Positions 16,531 to 27,156 of a stretch of DNA of 64,000 nucleotides are shown here, in pieces (position 1 is the stretch's first letter; every line of letters begins with the position of its first letter). Both the position numbers and the translations under genes were made by a program. Source of the DNA: an uncultured Armatimonadetes bacterium (GTDB lineage Bacteria; Armatimonadota; UBA5829; DTJY01); contig OY970325.1 in NCBI GenBank assembly GCA_963717145.1, positions 3,104,001 to 3,168,000 on the forward strand. Reading direction: 5' to 3'. The notes beneath the pieces are model-generated. The model worked only from the letters and a program-made list of their open reading frames with translations, had not been told where the DNA came from and searched no databases.

Positions 16531-19500
16531 TCCCCGTAGGGCGAACCGCGAAGAGCCGCGTCTGGCCGGGATCGAAGGGGCAGTCGATCTCCTGCCCTGA
16601 GCCCTCCCAACCATCGAAGAGGTCGCGGATGGTGACTGGCGTCGGCCACGCGAGCTTCACGCTTCCGGCTTTCGGACTCGTGACGCTGACGAGTTCGCGG
16701 GAAGAGTAGACGCAGTATTCCTGCGGCGCGTAGAAGTGAACTCCCGCCTCCTGTGCCCATTGCCGGATCAACGCGGTCGAATGAGGCGGAATCCCACACC
16801 AGATCAGCCGCCCGCCGTTCGCGAGAGGCCGCTCCGCGCCGGCGGACTTCCCGTCGGAGTAGCGGAGGAATCCCTCGCCCTCGATGAAGGCGCGCGGTCG
16901 GACCGTGGCGTCGGTGTCGGTGATGGGCGTGCCGTCGGTCAGGGTCATTCGGGCGGGCAAGGAGGCGTCCTCGATCTGGATCGGGAGGCCGAGGAGACCG
17001 GATACCGCGTCCGGCTGCCATACGCCCTGGACGGGATTGACCAGTCCGGGAGCGCCGACGACAATGATCGTGCGCCCGCCCTTCTCGATCAGCCGCTCGA
17101 GCCGGGCGATGTCCTCGGGCTTCGCGGCGGTGGCACAGGCGATCACGACGAGCTTGATCCGCTCGGGCAGGCGATCGAGGTCCGAGAGCAGCCACACACC
17201 GACCGGAGCGCCGGTCCGCCCGCAATGGAAGAGCAACTGCGTGTTCGTCCAGCGCAGGTACTCCGACTCGGGGCATGACCAGGCGAACGTCGGGCCGTCG
17301 ACGACGAACGCGATCTCCTCGGTCGGCGTCCGGTCGTACTTCAGAGCCTCACCCGCGACCCGGATCTGGCGCGCGAAGTCGGCCTGCAGACCGGCGTCGT
17401 GATGCCAGCTCGGCATGAGGGAGAACCACTCGTTCCCCGCACCGTGGACCGCGTTGTTGGCGGTCTCGCGCCTCTGCATCTGGATCGCGCCGTTCTGCGG
17501 ATTGCCCGGGTCGTACTCCCGATACCAGTGGAGCGGATGAAGCCACGAGAAGAGATCGTTGCTGTCACAGTAGATCTTGCCCGCCGCGAGGACGCTCTCG
17601 GTCGCCGAGATGTAGACGCTGTAACCGTTGAGGAAGTCGCGGAAGTTGTGCAGGGGGACGCCGCCGATCACATCGACGTTCGGATCGGCGAGCACCTTCT
17701 CGACCGCGAAGTTCCCGCCGATCGGGCCGCGGAACTCGCCGGCGAGCTGGATGACGTAGCCGAAGAAGACGGCGTTGATCGAGCGCCCGCCGGTCTCCTC
17801 CTTCGACACCTTCGCGAGCCGGCAGATCGTTTCCGAGGTGAGGTCGGCGTAGTATTGGTTGTATGCCGCTGCCATCTTTCGCTCAGGCGGGTAGAAGTCG
17901 TAGCCGGGACAACTGCGCTCCGAGGGAGGCGGGATCGGTGCGCCGAAGCGGTCCTCGTTCGGCTGACTGTAGTCGCCGAACAGCTTGTCGTTGCTGCCCC
18001 ACGCGAACCACTCCGACGTAACCTCGCCCATCAGCCACATTCCGAGCAGGCGGCTCGCCCACGGTTGGGCCTTGCAGTACCGGAGGAGCTTCCGCAGCTC
18101 GAGTTCCTGGTCGCGATACCACTCCTCGGAGGCGATCGATCCGGCACGGTTGCCGATTCCCTCTTCCCAGATGAGGCCGTTGATGCGGACGAGCTGATCC
18201 TCGTGGGTCTGATCCCAGATCGGTGGGAGGCGGAGGTTGATCGCGAGGAAGATCATAGCGTCGGGGTTGGCGGCGAATGCGCTTGCGACCTGCTCATCGA
18301 CCGAGCCGTAGTCGTAGACGCCGGGCCTGGGACAGTAGCGCCCGAGGTCGCACTGGATGGTGAGCACGCTCGCGCCCGATCGGCCGAAGTCGGCGGCGTT
18401 GCCGGGTTGGAAGTCGGGGGACTGGTAGCCGGTCCATGGGAATGGCTTGCCATTGACGAATAGCGTCGGCCGGCCATGATACATCCGCCGCTCGACGCGC
18501 GGGAGTTCGTTGGCGACGGATTGTGTAGTGGCCGTGCCTCCGTGCCGGCCAAATCCGCCATCGCATGTAGTGGCCGTGCCTCCGTGCCGGCTAACCACGT
18601 CGCTGGCCGGCACGGAGGCACGGCCACTACATGCGATCTCGACCTCGGCCTCCGGTCCATCGGCGCGGTATCCGTCGGCCACCAACCCGACCGTCGCGGG
18701 ACCGGGCGCGAGGTAGAATGGGACCGTCCGCTTCACCCGGCATCGGCCCTTCGCCAGATCGTCGATCTCCCCCGGAGTTAACCGGATGCGCCACACGACC
18801 CACGGCTCCCGCCGCACCTCCAGGTCGATCACCCGACCACCCGGCTGTAGGGGCGTGCCTTGTGCCGCCTGCGACGGCGTACCGGGCGGTGCAAGGCACG
18901 CCCCTACGGCGTGAGAATCCACATCCGGCGGCACAAGGCACGCCCCTACAGCGTCGATGGCGAATTCGGCCTTCTGCCCCGGATGGAGGATCGGCGGACA
19001 CCTCAGCTTGGTCACCTGGAGGCCGGGTGCGGGCGGGTAGTGGTATGTGCAATCGTTGAGGAAAAGCTCGTAGTCCGCATCCTTCTCGAGACCCTGGATG
19101 GAGAGCCGCATCACACCGGGATACCTGGGCGTCGGCGGCTCGGTACGGTCGGGCCAGCGCGCATCGGCGAACCGGAACTCGACCGTGCGCTCGGTCATCG
19201 GCTCGACCTTCTGCGGCTCACCGAGCACCCACTCCACCGCCTGATTCGCGGATCCCGGATGCCAGGGGAACTCCGCATACTGCGCCTTGACGAGGACCGA
19301 CTTGGCGGAGTTGTTGCGCACCCGGAAAGAGAGGCTGGTCGGCTCACGACGGATCAGCGGGCACTCGGCACTGAGGGATGCCGTGTCCGTGCCATTCGAC
19401 CTGATCCGCCAGCGCGTGCTCCATCCGCCACTCCGCCTCACGAGCGACATCTCGTTCACGGCGAACATCGACGCCCGCTCGAAGACGCCTTCGCCCGGCG

Positions 19501-19642
19501 AGCAGGCCCGCATCTCGAAGGTCGGGAGCCGGTCCACCATCGACCGGGAGTATGCATCGTCAGGGTATGTGGTCATCGCCGATTCCCCCTGGATACCAAG
19601 CAGGCATAGAAGCGCCACCAGCACGATCCGGTTCTTGTGCAC
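16523..19642 (-). CDS. Secreted glycoside-hydrolase-like protein (beta-galactosidase/GH42-like TIM barrel) with two in-frame REP insertions
   Basis: GGAGGAGG RBS and signal peptide; GRPTLFVNGKP, GEVTSEWFAWG, GDYSQPN; C-terminal trimerization-like region. Confidence 0.65.
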   Translation of the reverse strand: MHKNRIVLVALLCLLGIQGESAMTTYPDDAYSRSMVDRLPTFEMRACSPGEGVFERASMFAVNEMSLVRRSGGWSTRWRIRSNGTDTASLSAECPLIRREPTSLSFRVRNNSAKSVLVKAQYAEFPWHPGSANQAVEWVLGEPQKVEPMTERTVEFRFADARWPDRTEPPTPRYPGVMRLSIQGLEKDADYELFLNDCTYHYPPAPGLQVTKLRCPPILHPGQKAEFAIDAVGACLVPPDVDSHAVGACLAPPGTPSQAAQGTPLQPGGRVIDLEVRREPWVVWRIRLTPGEIDDLAKGRCRVKRTVPFYLAPGPATVGLVADGYRADGPEAEVEIACSGRASVPASDVVSRHGGTATTCDGGFGRHGGTATTQSVANELPRVERRMYHGRPTLFVNGKPFPWTGYQSPDFQPGNAADFGRSGASVLTIQCDLGRYCPRPGVYDYGSVDEQVASAFAANPDAMIFLAINLRLPPIWDQTHEDQLVRINGLIWEEGIGNRAGSIASEEWYRDQELELRKLLRYCKAQPWASRLLGMWLMGEVTSEWFAWGSNDKLFGDYSQPNEDRFGAPIPPPSERSCPGYDFYPPERKMAAAYNQYYADLTSETICRLAKVSKEETGGRSINAVFFGYVIQLAGEFRGPIGGNFAVEKVLADPNVDVIGGVPLHNFRDFLNGYSVYISATESVLAAGKIYCDSNDLFSWLHPLHWYREYDPGNPQNGAIQMQRRETANNAVHGAGNEWFSLMPSWHHDAGLQADFARQIRVAGEALKYDRTPTEEIAFVVDGPTFAWSCPESEYLRWTNTQLLFHCGRTGAPVGVWLLSDLDRLPERIKLVVIACATAAKPEDIARLERLIEKGGRTIIVVGAPGLVNPVQGVWQPDAVSGLLGLPIQIEDASLPARMTLTDGTPITDTDATVRPRAFIEGEGFLRYSDGKSAGAERPLANGGRLIWCGIPPHSTALIRQWAQEAGVHFYAPQEYCVYSSRELVSVTSPKAGSVKLAWPTPVTIRDLFDGWEGSGQEIDCPFDPGQTRLFAVRPTGTS
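18524..18631. repeat. GTAG-type REP triplet (GTAGTGGCCGTGCCTCCGTGCCGGC) inside a CDS
   Basis: Two direct units plus one inverted unit; 108 bp. Confidence 0.85.
18846..18950. repeat. GTAG-type REP triplet (GTAGGGGCGTGCCTTGTGCCGCC) inside a CDS
   Basis: One forward and two inverted units; 105 bp. Confidence 0.85.
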
Positions 19643-19759
19643 AATTCGGTCCTCCTCCGTTTCGGCCAGTATAGAGGATAAGCGCGCGCGTATCAACCGG
19701 GAGGATACGGAGGGTCACCGGCGGAACAGTGAGATGACCGATGACGAAATGGAGAGCAT

Positions 19760-21532
19760 ATGACTTCGCAAGCATGTCTGATGGCAACCCTGGTCCTGCT
19801 GCTGGTGTCCGGGTCAGTAGCCGGCGTGATGAAAGACGGAGGCGGCATGGTAGTAGCATCCGGTGGCAAGAGCAGTTGCGCGATCATCATCCCCGACGGT
19901 GCAAGCCCTGTCGTCAAGTACGCGGCGCAGGAGCTTCAGCACTACCTGGCCGAGATATCCGGAACGACGCTGAAGATCGTGTGTGAACGTGATGCAGTCG
20001 GACAGCACGGATTCGTCCTGGGCCGATGCGATCGAAACGGGGAGTTACAGAAGAGGCTCGGCGAACTGCGCGAGGATGGGGTTCTCATCAAGACAGTCGG
20101 CGAGGACATCGTGCTTCTCGGACAGAACGATCGCGGCCAGATCTACAGCGTCTACGTCCTGCTCGAACGGTTCCTCGGAGTGAAGTTCTTTGCGGGCGAC
20201 TGCACATTTGTCCCGAAACAGTCGGAGATCGTGCTGCCCACGATCGACTATGCCTATACACCGCCGTTCATGTACCGGGAGACGCTCTATTGGGACAGCT
20301 TCCCTCGGGATATCGCGACGAGTCAGCGGCTGAACGGCCCATACACCAAGTGTGATGCAGAGGTCGGCGGGAAGATTCAGTTTCAGCCCTACGTCCACAG
20401 CTTCAACAAGCTCGTGCCGCCTGAGAAGTACTTCGCCGAGCATCCCGAGTACTTCAGCCTGATCGAGGGCAAGCGGACGAACCTGACCGTCCACGGCCAG
20501 CTTTGCCTCACCAACCCCGATGTGCTCAAGATCGCGACCGAGCAGGTGCTCAAGTGGATCGAGGAATACCCGGAGGTCCCGATCTTCGACGTCTCCCAGA
20601 ACGACGGCAACGGCCCCTGCGAGTGCGAGAACTGCATGGCGGTGGTCAACGAGGAGGGCTCGCAGCACGGGCCGATCCTCCGATTCGTCAACGCGATCGC
20701 CGATGAGGTCGGCAAGAAGTATCCCGACAAGTGGGTCGAGACCCTCGCCTATGCGTACTCGACTAAGCCGCCGGCGATCACCAGACCGAGGAAGAACGTC
20801 ATCATCCGCCTGTGCCACGCGGGATGCTACTTCCACGGCTTCGAGGAATGCGGACTCGGCGCGAACCTTGCGGCGAACCTGAGCGAGTGGAGCAAGGTGA
20901 CCGACAACATCTTCATCTGGCACTATGCGACCAACTTCGCGCACTACATCGCGCCGTGCCAGAATCTCAACGGCCTGGTCAAGGACATCAGGTATTACGC
21001 CACGCACAACGTCCGGGGGCTGATGGTGCAGGCCGACTACCAGAGTCCCGGCGGCGACATGGCCGAACTTCGTCAGTACCTCGCCGCCCAACTGATGTGG
21101 GATCCGAGCCGCGATCCGGGAGTCATCCGGCGGGAGTTCTGCAACGGTTACTATGGGGCGGCGGCCGGCGACGTGCTCAGGTACGTCATGCTGCTCGACA
21201 AGGCCGCCGAGGATCCGAACGTCCACGCGTTCGGCGCATGGGATCCGAAGGGAACGGCGTCCCCCGCGCTCGTGAAGGAGGGCCTGAAGCTGCTCGACCG
21301 TGCGCGGTCGAGGCGACTGAGCGCCGAGGAAGCGGACCGGGTGGACAGGCTGTTCCTGCCGCTGTGGTACATGCAGTTGAGCTATCCCGACGAGTATGGA
21401 CTGGCATCCAACAAGGCACCCGCCATCGTGAAGGAGTTCAGGCGAATCGCAGAGGCGAGCAAGATCACACATATCAACGAGGGCGCTGAGATCAAGCCGT
21501 GGCTCGGAGGTATGGAGTCGAGGTACCCATGA
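19760..21532 (+). CDS. DUF4838-like secreted protein
   Basis: Signal peptide; YAAQELQHYL, HSFNKLVPPEKYFAEHPEYFSL, QLCLTNPDV, SQNDGNGPCECENC, LMWDP. Confidence 0.8.
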   Translation: MTSQACLMATLVLLLVSGSVAGVMKDGGGMVVASGGKSSCAIIIPDGASPVVKYAAQELQHYLAEISGTTLKIVCERDAVGQHGFVLGRCDRNGELQKRLGELREDGVLIKTVGEDIVLLGQNDRGQIYSVYVLLERFLGVKFFAGDCTFVPKQSEIVLPTIDYAYTPPFMYRETLYWDSFPRDIATSQRLNGPYTKCDAEVGGKIQFQPYVHSFNKLVPPEKYFAEHPEYFSLIEGKRTNLTVHGQLCLTNPDVLKIATEQVLKWIEEYPEVPIFDVSQNDGNGPCECENCMAVVNEEGSQHGPILRFVNAIADEVGKKYPDKWVETLAYAYSTKPPAITRPRKNVIIRLCHAGCYFHGFEECGLGANLAANLSEWSKVTDNIFIWHYATNFAHYIAPCQNLNGLVKDIRYYATHNVRGLMVQADYQSPGGDMAELRQYLAAQLMWDPSRDPGVIRREFCNGYYGAAAGDVLRYVMLLDKAAEDPNVHAFGAWDPKGTASPALVKEGLKLLDRARSRRLSAEEADRVDRLFLPLWYMQLSYPDEYGLASNKAPAIVKEFRRIAEASKITHINEGAEIKPWLGGMESRYP

Positions 21533-23058
21533 AAGCTGTTGGAGTGATGATCATGCTGATCGCTGTGACATGCATCGGACGGGGAAACGCCCGGACGATC
21601 CTGCTCGTGGACGATCATGATGTCCTCTATCGCTCCGGCACCGAGCGCGTGCTGAACCCCGCAGAGCGCTTCGAGGGCAATCCGGTCATCAAGCAGGACA
21701 AGCTCTGGGAGACTGCGCTCGGATGGGTCAGCGCCTATCGTGACCCCACGAGCGGGAAGTACCAACTCTGGTACCAGGGCTATGCGGGAGGTCGGGCGCA
21801 GCAGAAGACTCACCGATGTGTCGTTTGCTATGCCGAATCGGACGACGGCGTCCATTTCAGGAAGCCGAACCTCGGCCTCTTCTCGTTCAATGATATCAAA
21901 GAGACGAACATCGTGCTCATAGCAAACGGCGGCTACTCCGACCGCTATGGGAACGCGGTGGTCTTCGATCCGCGCGACAAAGATCCGAGCCGCCGGTACA
22001 AGATGGCCTACACCGATTTCGCGATCGACGAGGGCAAGGAATACCCCGGCCTGAACGTGGCGTTCTCTCCCGACGGCATCCATTGGACGAAGTACCCCAA
22101 AGCGCCGCTCCACAGGACGTCATATGGACACTATGAGATCCCGGTTCCCTATGAGGATGAGACCGGCGGCGAGCTGTGGCCCAACCCGCTCACGATGTCC
22201 GATGCGGTCGATGTCTTCTATGATCCCGTGCGCAAGGCCTTCGTCAGTTACGCCAAGATGTGGATCGACGGCCCGGCCGGCGGAATGCACTGGAAGCACG
22301 CGATGGGCCGGATCGAGAGCAAAGACTTCATCCACTGGGACGACCCCGAGCTGGTGCTCACGCCGGATGACCTCGACCCGCCGAGCGTCGAGTTTCACAC
22401 CTCGCCGGTCTTCTACTACAACGACCGCTATTTCTGCCTGAACCAGATACTGAACCGCGCGGTCGGTGGCGGGGTCATGGACATCGAACTCATGGTCAGC
22501 CACGATGGTTACGCGTGGGAGCGGCCGTTCAGGAAGGAGTTCTTCCTGCCACGCAGTCAGCCGGGAAGATTCGACAGCGGCTCGATCCTGACGAATTCGA
22601 CGCCGGTGATCCTCGGAGACGAGATGCGATTCTACTACGGCGGCTACCAGGGCGGCGCGACGGGTGGCGACGACGAGAACATGCCGAGCGGGATAGGGTT
22701 CGCCTCGATCCCGCTCGATCGGTTCGCCGGCATCAGACCTGTGGCAAAGAGCGATCAGCCGACGCTCCGGAAGCCTCTGGAGCACATCGGGCAGGTCACG
22801 CTCAAGCCGATCGATTCGAGTAAGGTCAAGAGCATCACGCTCAACGCCGACGCGTCCAACGGCTCGATCCGCGTGGAACTGCTCAACTCCCGAGGCCGGA
22901 GAATCCGAGGCTTCTCGGCAGACGACTGTGTCCCGATCAAGGGCGATTCCCTCGCGCACGAGGTGGCGTGGAAGGGCAAGACTGACGTGCCCCACGAGCG
23001 ATGCATGATCCGCATCCACCTCGACAATGCGACGGTGTTTGCACTCTCAGTCCTGTAG
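21529..23058 (+). CDS. Secreted five-bladed beta-propeller glycoside hydrolase-like protein (GH32/43/130-like)
   Basis: YAESDDGVHFRKP, SPDGIHW, SKDFIHW and SHDGYAW Asp-box repeats. Confidence 0.7.
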   Translation: MKAVGVMIMLIAVTCIGRGNARTILLVDDHDVLYRSGTERVLNPAERFEGNPVIKQDKLWETALGWVSAYRDPTSGKYQLWYQGYAGGRAQQKTHRCVVCYAESDDGVHFRKPNLGLFSFNDIKETNIVLIANGGYSDRYGNAVVFDPRDKDPSRRYKMAYTDFAIDEGKEYPGLNVAFSPDGIHWTKYPKAPLHRTSYGHYEIPVPYEDETGGELWPNPLTMSDAVDVFYDPVRKAFVSYAKMWIDGPAGGMHWKHAMGRIESKDFIHWDDPELVLTPDDLDPPSVEFHTSPVFYYNDRYFCLNQILNRAVGGGVMDIELMVSHDGYAWERPFRKEFFLPRSQPGRFDSGSILTNSTPVILGDEMRFYYGGYQGGATGGDDENMPSGIGFASIPLDRFAGIRPVAKSDQPTLRKPLEHIGQVTLKPIDSSKVKSITLNADASNGSIRVELLNSRGRRIRGFSADDCVPIKGDSLAHEVAWKGKTDVPHERCMIRIHLDNATVFALSVL

Positions 23059-23154
23059 GGAACGTGCCGCCGTGCCGTTCCGCTCTGTTGGAAGTCTGCA
23101 GACACTGATCGCATGCGATAGAGAGCGGAACGGCACGGCGGCACGTTCCCTACA
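23054..23154. repeat. GTAG-type REP doublet (GTAGGGAACGTGCCGCCGTGCCGTTCCGCTCT) supplying the upstream TAG stop
   Basis: Inverted arms of about 33 bp; related copy at 34787-34864. Confidence 0.85.
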
Positions 23155-23183
23155 TATCCAGTTCTGCAGAAAGGTGAAGGACC

Positions 23184-24230
23184 GTGACATCACGTGAACG
23201 CATACTTGCGGCGATGAGGTTCGAGAAGGTCGACCGAGTGCCGGTTTCGCCCTGGCACTTCTGCAAGGTCGATCGGGAGAGCCCGCTCGGCCGGGAGCTT
23301 CTGGCCAAGACCGACCTCTTCCAGGACGTCCCCTCCGGCGGCGACCCGATTCTCGGCAAGGCGGTCAGGAGAGACTCCGAGAAACAGGGCGATACCACCA
23401 TCACGACCGTTCACACGCCCAAGGGGGACCTCGTGAGCAGGATGAGGCGCACGGAGATCACCAGCGCGCAGGTCGAATTCTTCCTCAAGGGGCCGGAGGA
23501 CGTCGAGAAGATGCTCTCCGTCCCCTACGATCCGCCGGATTTCGACCTCTCCGGTTACCATGCATGGCAAGACTTCATTGGCGACGAGGGGCTGGTGCTG
23601 ATCGGGCTCGTCAACGGCGTCGCGGTCCCGGCGTCGTGGTTCTCGCCCGAGGGTTTCTGCATCACATGGGCCGATGACCCTGACCTGATCGAGCGGATGA
23701 CGGCGATCATGACCGAGCGGATCATCAGCTACGTCGAGCGCCTGTGCGAGGCCGGAGTCGATGCCTTCAGGATCGTCGGCGGGGAATACGCCTCCGTCCA
23801 GCTCGGCCCGGATGCGTTCAAGCGGCTCTGCGTGAAGTACGACCGCGAACTGGTCGCTGCCATGCACAGGCACGGCGCGATCGCTCACTATCACAATCAC
23901 GGGCCGGTGATGCCCTACCTGGAGGACTTCGCGGCGATCGGGATGGACTGCGTCGACCCCCTCGAGTCGCCTCCGTGGGGGAATGCGGACCTCGGCGAGG
24001 CACGGCGGCGGCTCGGCGACCGAGTGTGCTTCCAGGGCAACCTCGACGACATGGAGGTCGTCGACAAGCTGCCGACGGCGGAGGTGCTGGCGATCGCGCG
24101 CGAGCGGCTCGATTCGGCGGGCGACCGGGGCTTCATCCTCGGCGGCACGACCTCCGGCACGTTCGGCGAGCAGGGAGCGCGGAACTTCATCGCCATGGCG
24201 GAGATGGTGGCGGGTGTAGGCGTTCCCTGA
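23184..24230 (+). CDS. Uroporphyrinogen decarboxylase-family (URO-D/MtaA-like) protein
   Basis: MTSRERILAAMRFEKVDRVPV; HYHNHG; FQGNLD; GFILG. Confidence 0.8.
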   Translation: MTSRERILAAMRFEKVDRVPVSPWHFCKVDRESPLGRELLAKTDLFQDVPSGGDPILGKAVRRDSEKQGDTTITTVHTPKGDLVSRMRRTEITSAQVEFFLKGPEDVEKMLSVPYDPPDFDLSGYHAWQDFIGDEGLVLIGLVNGVAVPASWFSPEGFCITWADDPDLIERMTAIMTERIISYVERLCEAGVDAFRIVGGEYASVQLGPDAFKRLCVKYDRELVAAMHRHGAIAHYHNHGPVMPYLEDFAAIGMDCVDPLESPPWGNADLGEARRRLGDRVCFQGNLDDMEVVDKLPTAEVLAIARERLDSAGDRGFILGGTTSGTFGEQGARNFIAMAEMVAGVGVP

Positions 24231-24232
24231 CG

Positions 24233-25708
24233 GTAACAGTTCAGGCTTGTGGATCATTTTGCGAGAGCAGTGAGAGTTTTTCCGACATTGTCGGCTTGCA
24301 ATAGGAAGGACCCTTGGCCGGGCGGGTGGAACATGCCTGTGTGGAAGAGTTCGACGGTCTGACAAGAGAAGAATTGGTGGGCATTGTCCTGGAGCAGCGG
24401 GAGATGATCCAGCGTCTCGTCAAGGAACTGGAGGATCTCAAGGCAAAGCTCTCGGGTGGCGGCAGTTCCACCCCCATACCTGACTGGGTCAAGCCGAACC
24501 GCAAAGAGCGCCGGGCAGCCGAACGAAAGAAGCGCCAGAAGTCGTTCGTGCGCAGGCGGGAGACACCCACCCGTGTAGTCGAGCACGCGCACTCGAAGTG
24601 TCCGGACTGCGGCCGAGCGCTCACAGGGGGCACGGTAAAGAGACTCCGCCAAGTCATCGACATCCCCATCGTGCCTGTGGACGTAGTCGAGCACAGGTTC
24701 ATCGCCAGAAGATGCGGATACTGTGGCAAGAGTCATGTGCCGAAGGTTGACCTTTCCGGCCAGGTTGTAGGCAAGCATCGGGTAGGCGTGAACCTGATGA
24801 GCCTGATATCGTATCTTTCGACGGTAGGTCGCATGACAAAGCGGACGATACAGGGATTGCTGAAGGCTCTGTATGGTCTTCAGCTCTCTGTGGGAGAGAT
24901 AAGCGAGATATTGCACACGGTGGCAGACTGTGGCAAAAAAGAGAAAGAGCGGCTACTCTCGCTTGTACGTGGAAGCCCATACATAAACGCAGACGAGACG
25001 GGCTGGAGAGAGGATGGGCTGAACGGATACATCTGGACCTTCTCCACTAAGAACGTGCGATACTTCATCTACCGGCGGAGTCGGAGTGGAGAGATCCCGA
25101 AGGAAACGATAGGCGGCGACTACGAAGGGGTAGTGGTAACGGATTGCTATGCCGGATACAACCCGGTAGTTGCAGACCGCCAGATATGCTGGGCACATCT
25201 GGCCAGGGATCTGCACAAACTGAAGGAGAGGAACGCGGACGACACGGGCGTCATCGCATGGGCGGATGCGGTGAAGGGTGTTTACGATCGGGCAAAGGAG
25301 TTCCGGAGCAAGAAGGCGGAGGTTCGCAAGTGGAAGCGAGTACTCTTCGAGGAAGAGGTAGAGGCGCTCTCAGGTCCGTATGTCGGCTCAGATGCTCCAC
25401 AGCAGACGCTGGCAAAGAGATTCATAGATCGCTTGCACGAGTTGTTCATGTTCGTAGAGTACCCGGAAGTACCGTCGGACAACAATGGCGCAGAACGAGC
25501 GCTGAGGCCGTGTGTGATCGCCCGCAAGGTATGCGGAGGCACACGAAGCGCGAAGGGTTCCGAGACAAAGATGACGCTCATGAGTCTGTTTGGCACATGG
25601 CACGTCAGGGGTCTGGACATGCTCGAATCATGCAGGCAACTGCTCGCAGGCAAGTCTGTCCTCTTCCCTGCCTGATCAAACTCGTTATCCCCAAGCGTGA
25701 ACTGTTAC
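24233..25708 (+). mobile_element. IS66-family insertion sequence, single-ORF type
   Basis: IRs GTAACAGTTCAGGCTTG / CAAGCGTGAACTGTTAC; 8-bp TSD CCCTGACG at 24225-24232 and 25709-25716. Confidence 0.93.
24314..25675 (+). CDS. IS66-family transposase
   Basis: Coiled coil, CPDCG...CGYCG zinc finger, NADETGW, TDCYAGY, QICWAHLARD, DNNGAERALRP. Confidence 0.93.
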   Translation: MAGRVEHACVEEFDGLTREELVGIVLEQREMIQRLVKELEDLKAKLSGGGSSTPIPDWVKPNRKERRAAERKKRQKSFVRRRETPTRVVEHAHSKCPDCGRALTGGTVKRLRQVIDIPIVPVDVVEHRFIARRCGYCGKSHVPKVDLSGQVVGKHRVGVNLMSLISYLSTVGRMTKRTIQGLLKALYGLQLSVGEISEILHTVADCGKKEKERLLSLVRGSPYINADETGWREDGLNGYIWTFSTKNVRYFIYRRSRSGEIPKETIGGDYEGVVVTDCYAGYNPVVADRQICWAHLARDLHKLKERNADDTGVIAWADAVKGVYDRAKEFRSKKAEVRKWKRVLFEEEVEALSGPYVGSDAPQQTLAKRFIDRLHELFMFVEYPEVPSDNNGAERALRPCVIARKVCGGTRSAKGSETKMTLMSLFGTWHVRGLDMLESCRQLLAGKSVLFPA

Positions 25709-25717
25709 CCCTGACGT

Positions 25718-25746
25718 TTGACACTCCATGGCACGGGTGATATACT
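25718..25746 (+). promoter_or_regulatory. Sigma70 promoter for thiC
   Basis: TTGACA-17 nt-TATACT with extended TG. Confidence 0.75.
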
Positions 25747-25857
25747 CCGGGTGGAAGCATGTAGACAGCCGCCAGGGGTGCTCCCATGTCAGGCATCTGA
25801 CTCCATCTGTTCCATCCCTTTTCTATCTGTGCTATCTGTGTTCTGAAGGACTAAGTT

Positions 25858-27156
25858 ATGACTCAACTTGAACAAGCGCGGGCAGGCAAGACGACGCCCG
25901 AGATGAAGATAGTCGCCGAGCAGGAGCGGCTCGATCCGGAGTTCATCCGATCGGGGGTCGCCGCTGGGACGATCGTGATCCCCGCGAACGTCAACCGCGA
26001 GCTTCCGAAGCCCTGCGGGATCGGTGCGGGACTGCGCACGAAGGTCAACGCCAACATCGGCACCTCGGGCGACTTCCCGAACGTCGAGGATGAACTGGAG
26101 AAGCTTCGGGTCGCGGTCGAAGCAGGCGCTGACACTATGATGGACCTCAGCACCGGAGGCGATCTCGCCGCCGTGCGCCGGACGATCACCGACAACTGCC
26201 CCGTGCCGCTGGGGACCGTCCCGATCTACGAGGTCGCGGTCAAGGCGGCGGACAACGGCTCGGTCGTCGGCATGTCGGAGGACGATCTCTTCCGCGTGAT
26301 CGAGCGAAATGCGACGGATGGGATCGATTTCGTGACCGTCCATTGCGGCATCACTCGGGAATCGCTCGGACGCCTGCGGGAACAGGGACGGGTCGCCGAT
26401 GTGGTGAGTCGGGGCGGCGCGTTCCTGATCTGCTGGATGCTCGGCAACGACCGGGAGAACCCGCTCTACGAGCGGTTCGATGACCTGCTCGATATCTGCC
26501 GCGCACACGATGTCTGCCTGAGTCTCGGCGATGGGATGCGTCCGGGATGCCTCGCCGATGCGACCGACCGCCCGCAGATCCAGGAGCTGATCATCCTCGG
26601 AGAACTGGTCGATCGCGCCCGGGCCGCCGGAGTCCAGGCAATGGTCGAAGGGCCGGGACATATACCGCTGAACCAGATCATCACCAACGTACAGATCGAG
26701 AAGACGCTCTGCAAGGGCGCGCCGTTCTACGTGCTCGGCCCGCTGGTGACCGATGTCGCGCCGGGTTACGACCATATCACGGCGGCGATCGGTGGAGCGA
26801 TTGCGGCGGCGGCGGGTGTCGATTTCCTGTGCTATGTTACGCCGTCCGAGCACCTCGGGCTTCCGGGCCCGGATGAGGTCCGGCAGGGGGTCGCCGCCTC
26901 ACGGATCGCGGCACATGCGGGCGATATCGCGAAGGGGATTCCCGGCGCGATGGACTGGGACCGCGAGATGTCGGTTGCCCGCAAGAAGCTCGACTGGGAG
27001 CGCCAGGCGGAATTGTGCATCGACCCAATCATGTTCCGCAAGTTCCGCTCCGAGCGCGCGACCCACGAGGACGACGTCTGCTCGATGTGCGGCAAGTACT
27101 GCGCGATGAAAGTCGTGGAGGCGTATCTCAGGCCTGATGTTAAAGCATCAGGCTAG
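25858..27156 (+). CDS. thiC: Phosphomethylpyrimidine synthase
   Basis: [61 protein letters not shown]. Confidence 0.97.
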   Translation: MTQLEQARAGKTTPEMKIVAEQERLDPEFIRSGVAAGTIVIPANVNRELPKPCGIGAGLRTKVNANIGTSGDFPNVEDELEKLRVAVEAGADTMMDLSTGGDLAAVRRTITDNCPVPLGTVPIYEVAVKAADNGSVVGMSEDDLFRVIERNATDGIDFVTVHCGITRESLGRLREQGRVADVVSRGGAFLICWMLGNDRENPLYERFDDLLDICRAHDVCLSLGDGMRPGCLADATDRPQIQELIILGELVDRARAAGVQAMVEGPGHIPLNQIITNVQIEKTLCKGAPFYVLGPLVTDVAPGYDHITAAIGGAIAAAAGVDFLCYVTPSEHLGLPGPDEVRQGVAASRIAAHAGDIAKGIPGAMDWDREMSVARKKLDWERQAELCIDPIMFRKFRSERATHEDDVCSMCGKYCAMKVVEAYLRPDVKASG

